NCBI RefSeq assembly: GCF_044704955.1
Contig: NC_092000.1
Coordinates: 10,540,001 to 10,604,000 of the forward strand
Direction of reading: 5' to 3'
From: Pristiophorus japonicus
Lineage: Eukaryota
DNA length: 64,000 nucleotides
Positions 9,968 to 26,434 of the stretch are shown here, piece by piece (positions within the stretch are counted from its first letter, which is position 1; each line of letters opens with the position of its first letter). The position numbers were made by a program, and so were the translations under genes. A model generated the notes under the pieces. The model did no database searches and was not told where the DNA came from. It saw nothing but the letters and a program-made list of their open reading frames with translations.

Positions 9968-12195
9968 TATTAGTATTAGGCAGTCCCTCGTATAGAAACA
10001 TAGAAACTAGGTGCAGGAGTAGGCCATTCGGCCCTTCGAGCCTGCACCGCCATTCAATGAGTTCATGGCTGAACATGCAACTTCAGTACCCCATTCCTGC
10101 TTTCTCGCCATACCCCTTGATCCTCCTAGTAGTAAGGACTACATCTAACTCCTTTTTGAATATATTTAGGGAATTGGCCTCAACAACTTTCTGTGGTAGA
10201 GAATTCCACAGGTTCACTACTCTCTGGGTGAAGAAGTTTCTCCTCATCTCGGTCCTAAATGGCTTACCCCTTATCCTTAGACTGTGACCCCTGGTTCTGG
10301 ACTTCCCCAACATTCCTGCATCTAACCTGTCTTAAACCCGTCAGCATTTTAAACGTTTCTATGAGATCCCCTCTCATTCTTATGAACTCTAGTGAATACA
10401 AGCCCAGTTGATCCAGTCTTTCTTGATATGTCAGTCCCGCCATCCCGGGAATCAGTCTGGTGAACCTTCGCTGCACTCCCTCAATAGCAAGAATGTCCTT
10501 CCTCAAGTTAGGAGACCATAACTGTACACAATACTCCAGGTGTGGCCTCACCAAGGCCCTGTATAACTGTAGCAACACCTCCCTGCCCCTGTACTCAAAT
10601 CCCCTCACTATGAAGGCCAACATGCCATTTGCTTTCTTAACTGCCTGCTGTACCTGCATGTTAACCTTCAATGACTGATGTACCATGACACCCAGGTCTC
10701 GTTGCACCTCCCCTTTTCCTAATCTGTCACCATTCAGATAATAGTCTGTCTCTCTGTTTTTACCACCAAAGTGGATAACCTCACATTTATCCACATTATA
10801 CTTCATCTGCCAAGCATTTGCCCACTCACCTAACCTATCCAAGTCATTCTGCAGCCTCATAGCATCCTCCTCGCAGCTCATACTGCCACCCAACTTAGTA
10901 TCATCTGCAAATTTGGAGATACTACATTTAATCCCCTTGTCCAAATCATTAATGTACAATGTAAACAGCTGGGGCCCCAGCACAGAACCTTGCGGTATCC
11001 CACTAGTCACTGCCTGCCATTCTGAAAAGTACCCATTTACTCCCACTCTTTGCTTCCTGTCTGACAACCAGTTCTCAATCCATGTCAGCACACTACCCCC
11101 AATCCCATGTGCTTTAACTTTGTACATTAATCTCTTGTGTGGGACCTTGTCGAAAGCCTTCTGAAAGTCCAAATATACCACATCAACTGGTTCTCCCGTG
11201 TCCACTCTACTGGAAACATCCTCAAAAAATTCCAGAAGATTTGTCGAGCATGATTTCCCTTTCACAAATCCATGCTGACTTGGACCTATCATTTCACCTC
11301 TTTCCAAATGCACTGCTATGACATCCTTAATAATTGATTCCATCATTTTACCCACTACTGATGTCAGGCTGACCGGTCTATAATTCCGTTTTCTCTCTCC
11401 CTCCTTTTTTAAAAAGTGGGGTTACATTGGCTACCCTCCACTCGATAGGAACTGATCCAGAGTCTATGGAATGTTGGAAAATGACTGTCAATGCATCTGC
11501 TATTTCCAAGGCCACCTCCTTAAGTACTCTGGGATGCAGTCCATCAGGCCCTGGGGATTTATCGGCCTTCAATCCCATCAATTTCCCCAACACAATTTCC
11601 CGACTAATAAGGATTTCCCTCAGTTCCTCCTTCTTACTAGACCCTCTGACCCCTTTTATATCCGGAAGGTTGTTTGTGTCCTCCTTAGTGAATACCGAAC
11701 CAAAGTACTTGTTCAGTGGTCTGCCATTTCTTTGTTCCCCGTTATGACTTCCCCTGATTCTGACTGCAGGGGACCTACTAACCTTTACTAACCTTTTTCT
11801 CTTTACATATCTATAGAAACTTTTGCAGTCCGTCTTAATGTTCCCTGCATGCTTCCTCTCGTACTCTATTTTCTCTGCTCTAATCAAACCCTTTGTCCTC
11901 CTCTGCTGAGTTCTAAATTTCTCCCAGTCCCCAGGTTCACTGCTATCGAGGATGACTTGCTTCCACACCAAAAAGGGATGAGTTCATAGGTGTTTCAATG
12001 AGGAAACTGACATTCTCGGTCCCGAACTACATACTGAAAGGTGGAAGATGCCTGTGCATGGATTCTTTTAACGTGTGGTGGCCGTTTCACACCAGCCACC
12101 ACACGGGCTTGACAGAGCTAGGTCTTGATCCAGTGGCAAAGGTTAACCAAGACGACTGGAGACCAAGCTCTGCTGCACGGACCTAGTGCGCACAC
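9968..12195 (-). mobile_element. Putative RTE-related non-autonomous short retroelement (~275 bp: 9968-9993 plus 11944-12195) split by a young CR1
   Basis: Rejoined end GTGGAAGCAAGTCATCCTCGATACGAGGGACTGCCTAA with (TACTAA)n tail; 9-bp TSD TTGGCTTAG (9959-9967 and 12196-12204); RTE relationship is from recall. Confidence 0.55.
9994..11943 (-). mobile_element. Young CR1 LINE, 5'-truncated, RT region with frameshifts
   Basis: [37 protein letters not shown]; (ATAGAAAC)n tail. Confidence 0.96.
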
Positions 12196-12789
12196 TTGGC
12201 TTAGGGTATCGAGGGTTACGGAACCAAGGCAGGTAAATGGAGTTGAGGAGGCGATCAGCCATGATCTGTTTCAATGGCGCAGTAGGCTCGAGAGGCTGAA
12301 TGGCCTACTCCTGTTTCTATGTAAGCAGTGACCAGAGTGGTCTTGCTTTAGATTCGACGAGAAAGATTGTAATAGAAAGAGGGGCCAGCGGCTGGAGGTG
12401 AGCTGGTCAAAGACCAAGAGACGCATCGATACGTCCCGTGTAATTTTACATGACGGACGTACAACCCATTGAGAAACTCGAGCTGATTCGGTTGCAAAGA
12501 GCCAATAATCAGGAGTCAGAAGCGGGTTCTGTCTTCCCGTAACAGAGATACTGCGATGTGGTTTTTATTGCTAACCTCAAAAACACAAAGTAAGGAGTCA
12601 CATGCCGTTTTGAACTAAGAAGTGTTTCCTAATGATCTCGGTATCGACGGGAAGAACAGTCTTTGGGGTTTGATTGCTTCCTTTTATTAAGAGTAATGGG
12701 CCTAAAACACCAGTAAAGTGTAGGTCTGGTGACAGCAGGTCTTTACGCACCTCAGAATGATAATGCTATGTCGTTTTGAAAAGAAAAAG

Positions 12790-13030
12790 AAAGCATTATG
12801 TTTATGTCGCACCTTTTCGCGTCTCCCAAGAAATACTCCAGAGCACTTCACAGCCTAGAAGCTGTTGTTGTGTGGACAGGCACAGCAGCTATTTTGTACA
12901 CAGCAAGATCCCACAAATAGAAACGACCAGTTAATCTCTTTTGGTGGCGTTCGTTGAGAGAGGAGTGCGAGCCAGCACACAGGATGAACTCCCTGCTCTT
13001 CTTTGAATAGGGCCATGGGATCTTCAATAT
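12790..13030 (-). mobile_element. Deu-domain SINE fragment
   Basis: Reverse complement of the cacagcaagatcccacaa / ctccctgctcttctttgaatag / ccatgggatc core also seen at 13320-13540. Confidence 0.7.
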
Positions 13031-13149
13031 CCCTCTAAACCGCTGGGATCACCACACGGACTGGCAAAAGAGCCGTCCATGGGTTGGCTCATCCGTGAGT
13101 GCAGTACTTCCTCAGAACTCCACCGGATCATTAATCTTCATGAAGGTGT

Positions 13150-13540
13150 CAGTCGTGGCTCAGTGGGTAGAACTCCATCCTCTGAGTCAAAAGGTTGCAT
13201 GCTCAAGTCCCACTCCAGGCTGGAGTACAAACTCCACGCTGTCGCTGAGGGAGCGCTGCAAGTCGGAGGTGCCATCTTTCTGATGAGACGTTAAACTGAT
13301 GCCCACTCAGGTAGACATATAAGATTCCACGTCACTATTTCGAAGAAGAGCAGGAGGTGTCCCCGGTGTCCTGAGCTAATATTTATCCCTCAACCAACAT
13401 CACTAGACAGATTATCTGGCCATTATCACATTGCTGTTCGTGGGAGCTTGCTGTGTGCAAATTGGCTGCCGCGTATCCTACATTACAACAGTGACTGCAC
13501 TCCAAAAGTACTTCATTGGCTGTAAAGCGCTTTGGGACGT
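13150..13540 (+). mobile_element. tRNA-headed Deu-domain SINE (SacSINE1/AmnSINE1-like); tail resumes at ~15554-15590
   Basis: A box TGGCTCAGTGG, B-box-like GCTCAAGTCCC, core gaagaagagcaggag...tgtgcaaattggctgccgcg...acattacaacagtgact; L2-type tail gctatataaatgcaag. Confidence 0.8.
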
Positions 13541-13905
13541 TCTTGGTTTCCATATTTACGAAAGGATATACTTGCTTTGGAGACAGTTCAGAGAAGGTTC
13601 ACTAGGTTGATTCCGGGGATGAGGGGATTGACTTATGAGGAAAGGTTGAGTAGGTTGGGCCTCTACTCGTTGGAATTCAGAAGAATGAGAGGTGATCTAT
13701 CGAAACGTATAAGATTATGAGGGGGCTTGACAAGGTGGATGTTTCCACTGATGGGGGAGACTAGAATTAGGCGGCATGATCTTAGAATAAGGGACCGCCC
13801 CTTTAAAACAAAGATGAGGAGAAATTTCTTCTCTCAGAGGGTTGTAAATCTGTGAAATTCGCTGCCTCAGAGAGCTGTGGAAGCTGGGATATTGAATACA
13901 TTTAA
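13541..13905 (+). mobile_element. CR1 3' fragment (continues at 15405-15553)
   Basis: RKDILALETVQRRFTRLIPGMRGLTYEERLSRLGLYSLEFRR. Confidence 0.88.
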
Positions 13906-15404
13906 CACATTCCATTGACTCTGAATCAGTTCCTATGGAGTGGAGGGTAGCCAATGTAACCCCACTTTTTAAAAAAGGAGGGAGAGAGAAAACAGGAAAT
14001 TATAGACCGGTCAGCCTGACATCGGTAGTGGGTAAAATGATGGAATCAATTATTAAGGATGTCATAGCAGTGCATTTGGAAAGAGGTGACATGATAGGTC
14101 CAAGTCAGCATGGATTTGTGAAAGGGAAATCATGTTTGACAAATCTTCTGGAATTTTTTGAGGATGTTTCCAGTAGAGTGGACAAGGGAGAACCAGTTGA
14201 TGTGATATATTTGGACTTTCAGAAGGCTTTCGACAAGGTCCCACACAAGAGATTAATGTACAAAGTTAAAGCACATGGGATTGGGGGTAGTGTGCTGACA
14301 TGGATTGAGAACTGGTTGTCAGACAGGAAGCAAAGAGTAGGAGTAAATGGGGACTTTTCAGAATGGCAGGCAGTGACTAGTGGGGTACCGCAAGGTTCTG
14401 TGCTGGGGCCCCAGCTGTTTACACTGTACATTAATGATTTAGACCAGGGGATTAAATGTAGTATCTCCAAATTTGCGGATGACACTAAGTTGGGGGTGGC
14501 AGTGTGAGCTGCGAGGAGGATGCTATGAGGCTGCAGAGCGACTTGGATAGGTTAGGTGAGTGGGCAAATGCATGGCAGATGAAGTATAATGTGGATAAAT
14601 GTGAGGTTATCCACTTTGGTGGTAAAAACAGAGAGACAGACTATTATCTGAATGGTGACAGATTAGGAAAAGGGGAGGTGCAACGAGACCTGGGTGTCAT
14701 GGTACATCAGTCATTGAAGGTTGGCATGCAGGTACAGCAGGCGGTTAAGAAAGCAAATGGCATGTTGGCCTTCATAGTGAGGGGATTTGAGTACAGGGGC
14801 AGGGAGGTGTTGCTACAGTTGTACAGGGCCTTGGTGAGGCCACACCTGGAGTATTGTGTACAGTTTTGGTCTCCTAACCTGAAGAAGGACATTCTTGCTA
14901 TTGAGGGAGTGCAGCGAAGGTTCACCAGACTGATTCCCGGGATGGCGGGACTGACCTATCAAGAAAGACTGGATCAACTGGGCTTGTATTCACTGGAGTT
15001 CAGAAAAATGAGAGGGGACCTCATAGAAACGTTTAAAATTCTGACGGGGTTAGACAGGTTAGATGCAGGAAGAATGTTCTCAATGTTGGGGAAGTCCAGA
15101 ACCAGGGGACACAGTCTAAGGATAAGGGGTAAGCCATTTAGGACCGAGATGAGGAGAAACTTCTTCACCCAGAGAGTGGTGAACCTGTGGAATTCTCTAC
15201 CACAGAAATTGTTGTGGCCAATTCACTAAATATATTCAAAAAGGAGTTAGATGAAGTCCTTACTACTAGGGGGATCAAGAGGTATGGCGAGAAAGCAGAA
15301 ATGGGGTACTGAAGTTGCATGTTCAGCCATCGAATGGCGGTGCAGGCTAGAAGGGCCGAATGGCCTACTCCTGCTGCACCTATTTTCTATGTTTCTATGT
15401 TTCT
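13906..15404 (+). mobile_element. Young CR1 LINE, 5'-truncated, nested in an older CR1
   Basis: RT ORFs 13935-14507 and 14504-15229 (frameshift); (TTTCTATG)n tail. Confidence 0.96.
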
Positions 15405-15692
15405 AAATAGACAGTTTCTTAACCGATGAGGGGTTAGGGAGTAGGCGGGGAAGTGGAGCTGAGTCCATGATCAGATCAGCCATGATCTTATTGAATGGCG
15501 GAGCAGGCACGAGGGGCCATATGACCTACTCCTGTTCCTATTTCTTATGTTCTGTGGTCAGAAAGGTGCTATATAAATGCAAGATCTTTCATTATTTTCT
15601 GGCGTGGGGCTTGAACTCTCAAACTTCTGATTCGAGACAAGCTCAGCAGATATGGAGAGGGGCAGGACTTGGGGTGGGGGGGCGGCGACTAG

Positions 15693-16019
<327 letters not shown>

Positions 16020-16211
16020 TAAGAAGAGGCTGACGATGTTCCAGGATGGAATGCATGTTTGTAGGTTACGTTGGTCTGGGCCCCGCTATCTCGGTGCATT
16101 CAGGTCTCCAGGCATAGTACACTGGTGTGTTTTTAAATTCTCATCCTTATTTTCAAATCCCTCCATGGCCTCGCCCCTCCCTATCTCTGTCATCTCCTCC
16201 AGCTCTACAAC

Positions 16212-16345
16212 TAATGTTCCTTGTAAACCTCGCGCAGCCAGCTCACTGGCTTACAAATAGGAAAAACCATGCATACGCTATATTTTTAAGGGGCCATGTA
16301 GCCTCTTAAAGGGGCCACGCACCCAAAAAATATAAGGGAACAGTG
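16212..16345. mobile_element. hAT-like MITE inserted in an L2-like fragment (~16125-16650)
   Basis: TAATGTTCC...GGGAACAGTG ends; internal similarity to 28957-29121 in inverted orientation. Confidence 0.65.
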
Positions 16346-17000
16346 CTGACAACCTTCTCATTTCTGTGCTCCTCCAATTCCGGCCTCTTGCATCCCCAAT
16401 TTTAATTGCTACACCATTGTCGCCCATGCCTTCAGCTGCCTTGGCCCTAAACCTCTCCGCCTCTCCAACTCTCTTTCCTTCTGTAAGATGTTCCTTAAAA
16501 CCCACTTCTTTGACTGAGCTTTTGGTCACTTGCCCTAACATCTCCTTATGTGGCTCAGTGTCAAATTCTGTTTGTTAACGCGTCTGTGCAGCACCTCGGG
16601 ACGTTTTACTACATTAAAGGCGCTATATAAATGCAAGTTTGTTGTTGTGTGTTGAGCATGTTAACTGGGATTCTGACACTAGGGGTCCTCCTTGAGCTGT
16701 CAAAATTCCAAGTGTTCCTTCTAATGGCAGAAGCATGATCCTGCAGCATATCAATACCTTACAAGAATGGTAATGTTTTAATGTGACATTTTCTGCATAT
16801 TCTGCTGTTTAATAAAGCAGGTGACAAACTTTTGCCCCGGGTAATATGCCCTCCCTTCAAAAAGTAGAATCACGACTTGATGTGAAGCAAAAGCTGTGAC
16901 CATTGCTATGTTTTATACCTGTGAAATGTGCTGACTGAGTTTCTGCCTTCCAAGACCCCTCTCTGACCTTTAGCTACAATGTCCAGAATTGCACCGCTGA

Positions 17001-17201
<201 letters not shown>

Positions 17202-17372
17202 TAACCGTGGCGTCGCTGACTACAAATTAAAAAATAAATATACACGCTGCATGCAATCCAAATACAGAATCCCATGTGTGAGTTCTATTTCGAAGCACTG
17301 CTAACAGCTCCCCACTGTGCGCTGAGTCCTGCCCGGCCACACACAAGCGTTCCTGACAGCAACGCCATGAGA

Positions 17373-17707
17373 NNNNNNNNNNNNNNNNNNNNNNNNNNNN
17401 NNNNNNNNNNNNNNNNNNNNNNNNNNNNNNNNNNNNNNNNNNNNNNNNNNNNNNNNNNNNNNNNNNNNNNNNNNNNNNNNNNNNNNNNNNNNNNNNNNNN
17501 NNNNNNNNNNNNNNNNNNNNNNNNNNNNNNNNNNNNNNNNNNNNNNNNNNNNNNNNNNNNNNNNNNNNNNNNNNNNNNNNNNNNNNNNNNNNNNNNNNNN
17601 NNNNNNNNNNNNNNNNNNNNNNNNNNNNNNNNNNNNNNNNNNNNNNNNNNNNNNNNNNNNNACGCACCGTCTCTCACGCACATGCACCGTCTCTCTCACA
17701 CACTGTG

Positions 17708-17741
<34 letters not shown>

Positions 17742-18300
17742 GCACCATCTCTCACGCGCATGCACCGNNNNNNNNNNNNNNNNNNNNNNNNNNNNNNNNN
17801 NNNNNNNNNNNNNNNNNNNNNNNNNNNNNNNNNNNNNNNNNNNNNNNNNNNNNNNNNNNNNNNNNNNNNNNNNNNNNNNNNNNNNNNNNNNNNNNNNNNN
17901 NNNNNNNNNNNNNNNNNNNNNNNNNNNNNNNNNNNNNNNNNNNNNNNNNNNNNNNNNNNNNNNNNNNNNNNNNNNNNNNNNNNNNNNNNNNNNNNNNNNN
18001 NNNNNNNNNACACGCGCGCACCGTCTCACACACACATACTGTCTCACGCGGACACACACACACACTCTCACACATACACACTGTCTCACACCCACACACA
18101 CACACACACAATTACACACTGTCTCACACCCACACACTCTCACACCTACACACACTGTCTCACACGCACACACGCACACACACACACACACACACTGTCT
18201 CACTGCATTGCTCACAGACCCATTGTCTGTCTCTCTCTCTGTCACACACACAGACTGTCTCACACACACACACAGTCTGTCTCTCTCACACACACACACT

Positions 18301-18347
<47 letters not shown>

Positions 18348-18350
18348 TGT
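17373..18350. repeat. (CA)n/(CT)n microsatellite region with N runs (17373-17661, 17768-18009)
   Basis: Seen directly. Confidence 0.95.
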
Positions 18351-18689
18351 TTCACACACCACATTCTCACTCTCCAGCCACGCTGAGCTTCTCCTCCAGG
18401 CCCTGCTTGGTCACGCTCTTCCTAACCAGTGCACAAACAGTCTCGTGACCCAGCCTCACTGAACTGCTCTTCATAGCCAGCTCCATCTGCTGCCAGCTGC
18501 TTCTTGCCTCCCTGTCTGCAGTCCAGCACAAATTTACCCTTTAGCTCGACAGAGCCTCACTGTCCAATCCAGGAGGCACACACCATTGGAACAGGAATAG
18601 GCCATTTAGCCCCTCGAGCCTGTTTCATAAGAACATAATAAATAGGAGCAGTAGTAGGCCATTTGGCCCCTCGAGCCTGTTTCATAAGA

Positions 18690-19144
18690 ACATATGAGGA
18701 GAGACTGGATCAACTGGGCCTTTATTCACTGGAATTTAGAAGGATGAGAGGGGTTCTCATAGAAACGTATAAGATTTTGACGGAACCGGACAGGTTAGAT
18801 GCGGGAAGAATGTTCCCGATGTTGGGGAAGTCCAGATTCGGGGACATAGTCTTAGGATAAGGGGTAGGCCCTTTAGGACTGAGATGAGGAGAAACTTCTT
18901 CACTCAGAGAGTTGTTAACCTGTGAAATTCCCTGCCGCAGAGAGTTGTTGATGCCAGTTCATTGGATATATTCAAGAGGGAGTTAGATATAGACCTTACG
19001 GCTAAGGGGATCAAGGGGTATGGAGAGAAAGCAGGAAAGGCGTACTGAGGGAATGATCAGCCATGATCTTATTGAATGGCGGTGCAGGCTCAATGGGCCG
19101 AATGGCCTACTCCTGCACCTATTTTCTATGTTTCTATGTTTCTA
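18690..19144 (+). mobile_element. CR1 3' fragment
   Basis: YEERLDQLGLYSLEFRRMRG; TTTCTATG tail. Confidence 0.9.
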
Positions 19145-20650
19145 ACATAATAAATAGGAGCAGTAGTAGGCCATTTGGCCCCTCGAGCCTGCTCCGCCAT
19201 TCAATCAGACCATGACTAATCTGATCATGGACTCAGCTCCACTTCCATGCCCGCTCTCCATAACCCTTTATTCACTTATCGCTCAAAAATCTGTCTATCT
19301 CCACCTTAAATATATTCAATGACCCAGCCTCCACAGCTATCTGGGGCAGAGAATTCAATCGATTTACAACCCTCTGACAGAAGAAATTTCTCCTCATCTC
19401 AGTTTTAAATGGACGGCCCTTATTCTCCAGTTTTATTCCCCAGTTTTAGATTCCCCTCTGAGTGGAAATATCCTCACTGCATCCAACTTGTCGGGCCCCC
19501 TCATTATCTTGTATGTTTCAATAAGATCACCTCTCATTCTTCTGAACTCCAATGTGTATAGGCCCAACCTACTCAACCTATCATAAGTCAACCCCCTCAT
19601 CTCCGGAATCAACGTAGTGAACCTTCTTTGAACAGCCTCCACTGCAAGTATATCTTTCCTTAAGTACGGAGACCAAAACTAAGCAGTACTCCAGGTGTGG
19701 AGGTGTGGCCTTACCAATACTCTGTATAATTGTAGCAGGCCCTCTCTGCTTTTATACTCTATCCCCCTTGCAATAAAGACCAACATTCCATTTACCTTCC
19801 TGATTACTTGCTGTACCTGCATTACTAACTTTTTGTGTTTCATGCACAAGGACCCCCAGGTCCCTCTGTACTATAGCAGTTTGCAATTTTTTCCATTTAA
19901 ATTATAATTTGTTTTCCATTATTTCTGACAAAGTGGATAACTCATATTTTCCCACATTATACTCCATCTGCCAAATTTTTTCCCACTCACTTAGCCTGTC
20001 TATATCCATTTGCAGATTTGTTGTGTCCTCCTCACAATTTGCTTTCCCACCCATCTTTATATCATCAGCAAACTTGGCTACATTACACTCGGTCCCTTCA
20101 TCCAAGTCATTAGTATAGATTGTAAATAGTTGAGGACCCAGCACTGATCCCTGCAGTACCCCACTAGTCACTGTTTGTCATTTATCCCAACTCTCTGTTT
20201 TCTGTGTTAGCCAATCCTCTATTCATGCTAATATATTACCCCCAACCCCGTGAGCTTTTATCTTGTGCAGTAACCTATTATGTGGCACCTTATCGAATGC
20301 TTTCTGGAAATCCAAATATACCACATCCACTGGTTTCCCCTTATCCACCCTGCTCGATACATCCTCAAAGATACGTCCAGCAAATTTGTCACATGATTAC
20401 CTTTTCATAAAACATGCTGTCTCTGCTTGATTGAATCATGCTTTTCCAAATGTCCTGCTACTGCTTCCTTAATAATGGACTCCAGCATTTTCCCAATGTT
20501 AGGCTAACTGGTCTATAGTTTCTTGCTCTCTGTTTGCCTACTTTTTTAAATAGGGGTATTACATTTGCGGTTTTCCAATCCCCAGAATCCAGGGATTTTT
20601 GGTAGATTACAACCAATGCCTCCACTATCTCTGCAGCCGTTTCTTTTAAA
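19145..20650 (-). mobile_element. Decayed CR1 LINE (RT region)
   Basis: [13 protein letters not shown]...FADD; VQRRFTTLIPEM; 3' tail duplicated at ~18590-18690. Confidence 0.92.
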
Positions 20651-20779
20651 GGCTCCTGTTCTCAGCAGCACCGCCTACAGGTACTGCAGCCGTATTCAAT
20701 CTATTGATTAAAAATGAATTCTTGCTGGAGAATGTATGCTTGGCATGTCAAGATTATACACAGTGCACGTTTACGGTTT

Positions 20780-23400
20780 TGGAGCAGTGGGCAGAACCTT
20801 TACCCATCAGCCAATGAGGCCATGGGCAGTCCTTTTTCCAATCAGCCATTGGGGCAGAGTCTTTTCCCATAGCCGTTGGGGGCACTTCCTTTACCCATCA
20901 GCCATTGGAGCAGTGGGCAATGCATTTACCCATTATCTTTTGGGGCAGAGCCTTTACTCATCAGCCATTGGGGCAAATAGGCAGTGCCTTTACCCATCAA
21001 CAATTGGAGCAGAGGGCAAAGACTATACCCATCAGCCATTGGGGCATTGACAGTGCTGTTACCCATCAGTCATTGGGACAGTGGGAAGTGCCTTTACTCA
21101 TCTGCCATTGCGGCAGAGCTTTTATCCAACAGCCATTGGGGCACTGGGCAGTGCTTTTACCCATCAGCCGCTGGGGCAGTGGGCAGTGCCCTTACACCTT
21201 GGCTATCGGGAGCAATGCCTTTACCCATCAGTCATTGAGGTAGTGGGCAATTTCTTTACCCATCAGCCAGTAAAGAGAAAAAGGTTGGTGAAGACAAACG
21301 TAGGTCCCCTGCAGTCAGAATCAGGGGAAGTCATAACGGGGAACAAAGAAATGGCGGATCAATTGAACAAGTACTTTGGTTCGGTATTCACTAAGGAGGA
21401 TACAAACAACCTTCCGGATATAAAAGGGGTCAGAGGGTCTAGTAAGGAAGAGGAACTGAGGGAAATCTTTATTAGTCGGGAAATTGTGTTGGGGAAATTG
21501 ATGGGATTGAAGGCAGATAAATCCCCAGGGCCTGATGGCCTGCATCCTAGAGTACTTAAGGAGGTGGCCTTGGAAATAGCGGATGCATTGACAGTCATTT
21601 TCCAACATTCCATTGACTCTGGATCAGTTCCTATGGAGTGGAGGGTAGCCAATGTAACCCCACTTTTTAAAAAAGGAGGGAGAGAGAAAACAGGGAATTA
21701 TAGACCGGTCAGCCTGACCTCAGTAGTGGGTAAAATGATGGAATCAATTATTAAGGATGTCATAGCAGAGCATCTGGAAAATGGTGACATGATAGGTCCA
21801 AGTCAGCATGGATTTGTGAAAGGGAAATCATGCTTGACAAATCTTCTGGAATTTTTTGAGGATGTTTCCAGTAAAGTGGACAAAGGAGAACCAGTTGATG
21901 TGGTATATTTGGACTTTCAGAAGGCTTTCGACAAGGTCCCACACAAGAGATTAATGTGCAAAGTTAAAGCACATGGGATTGGGGGTAGTGTGCTGACGTG
22001 GATTGAGAACTGGTTGTCAGACAGGAAGCAAAGAGTAGGAGTAAACGGGTACTTTTCAGAATGGCAGGCAGTGACTAGTGGAGTGCCGCAAGGTTCTGTG
22101 CTGGGGCCCCAGCTGTTTACATTGTACATTAATGATTTAGACGAGGGGATTAAATGCAGTATCTCCAAATTTGCGGATGATACTAAGTTGGGTGGCAGTG
22201 TGAGCTGCGAGGAGGATGCTATTAGGCTGCAGAGTGACTTGGATAGGTTAGGTGAGTGGGCAAATGCATGGCAGATGAAGTATAATGTGGATAAATGTGA
22301 GGTTATCCACTTTGGTGGTAAAAACAGAGAGACAGACTATTATCTGAATGGTGACAGATTAGGAAAAGGGAAGGTGCAACGAGACCTGGGTGTCATGGTA
22401 CATCAGTCATTGAAGGTTGGCATGCAGGTACAGCAGGCGGTTAAGAAAGCAAATGGCATGTTGGCCTTCATAGCGAGGGGATTTGAATACAGGGGCAGGG
22501 AGGTGTTGCTACAGTTGTACAGGGCCTTGGTGAGGCCACACCTGGAGTATTGTGTACAGTTTTGGTCTCCTAACTTGAGGAAGGACATTCTTGCTATTGA
22601 GGGAGTGCAGCGAAGGTTCACCAGACTGATTCCCGGGATGGCGGGACTGACCTATCAAGAAAGATTGGATCAATTGGGCTTGTATTCACTGGAGTTCAGA
22701 AGAATGAGAGGGGACCTCATAGAAACGTTTAAAATTCTGACGGGTTTAGACAGGTTAGATGCAGAAAGAATGTTCCCAATGTTGGGGAAGTCCAGAACCA
22801 GGGGTCACAGTCTGAGGATAAGGGGTAAGCCATTTAGGACCGAGATGAGGAGAAACTTCTTCACCCAGAGAGTGGTGAACCTGTGGAATTCTCTACCACA
22901 GAAAGTAGTTGAGGCCAATTCACTAAATATATTCAAAAGGGAGTTAGATGAAGTCCTTACTACTCGGGGGATCAAGGGTTATGGCGAGAAAGCAGGAAGG
23001 GGGTACTGAAGTTTCATGTTCAGCCATGAACTCATTGAATGGCGGTGCAGGCTAGAAGGGCTGAATGGCCTGCTCCTGCACCTATTTTCTATGTTTCTAT
23101 GTTTCTATGTTTCTAAGAGCCTTTACCCATCAGCCATTGGGGCAGTGGGCAGAACCTTTACGCATTGGTTATCAGGAGCAATGCCTTTACCCTTCAGCCA
23201 TTGGGGCAGTGGGCAGTTCTTTTACCCATCAGCCATTAGGGCAGTGGCTGAGCCTTTACCCATCAGCCATTGGGGAAGTGGCAGAGCCTTTACCCATCAG
23301 CCACTGGGGCAGTGGCAGAGCCTTTACCCATCAGCCATTGGGGCAGTGGCAGAGCCTTTACCCATCAGCCATTGGGGCAGTGGCAGAGCCTTTACCCATT
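20780..23400. repeat. ~34-37-bp minisatellite CCTTTACCCATCAGCCATTGGGGCAGTGG(G)CAGAG (20780-21269 and 23116-23400) split by a CR1
   Basis: Tandem units on both sides of the LINE. Confidence 0.9.
21270..23115 (+). mobile_element. Very young CR1 LINE, 5'-truncated, RT ORF uninterrupted to the stop at 23009
   Basis: ~580 open codons with [33 protein letters not shown]; (TTTCTATG)n tail. Confidence 0.97.
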
Positions 23401-23401
23401 T

Positions 23402-26434
<3,033 letters not shown>

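Noticed and set aside
13150-13225. tRNA gene
   Set aside because: The A/B boxes belong to a SINE head; no complete cloverleaf, and the SINE body follows.
16199-16212. CAGCTCTACAACT resembling the Tx1 target
   Set aside because: It lies in an L2-like fragment (other copies read CTCCAGCCCCACA) at a MITE junction, with no Tx1 or LTR sequence adjacent.
17227-18462. Long ORFs with X, HT and CV runs
   Set aside because: They span N runs and CA/CT microsatellites.
21081-21269. Novel N-terminal extension making a 642-aa RT fusion protein
   Set aside because: Chance open frame through the minisatellite upstream of a 5'-truncated CR1, with a non-ATG start.
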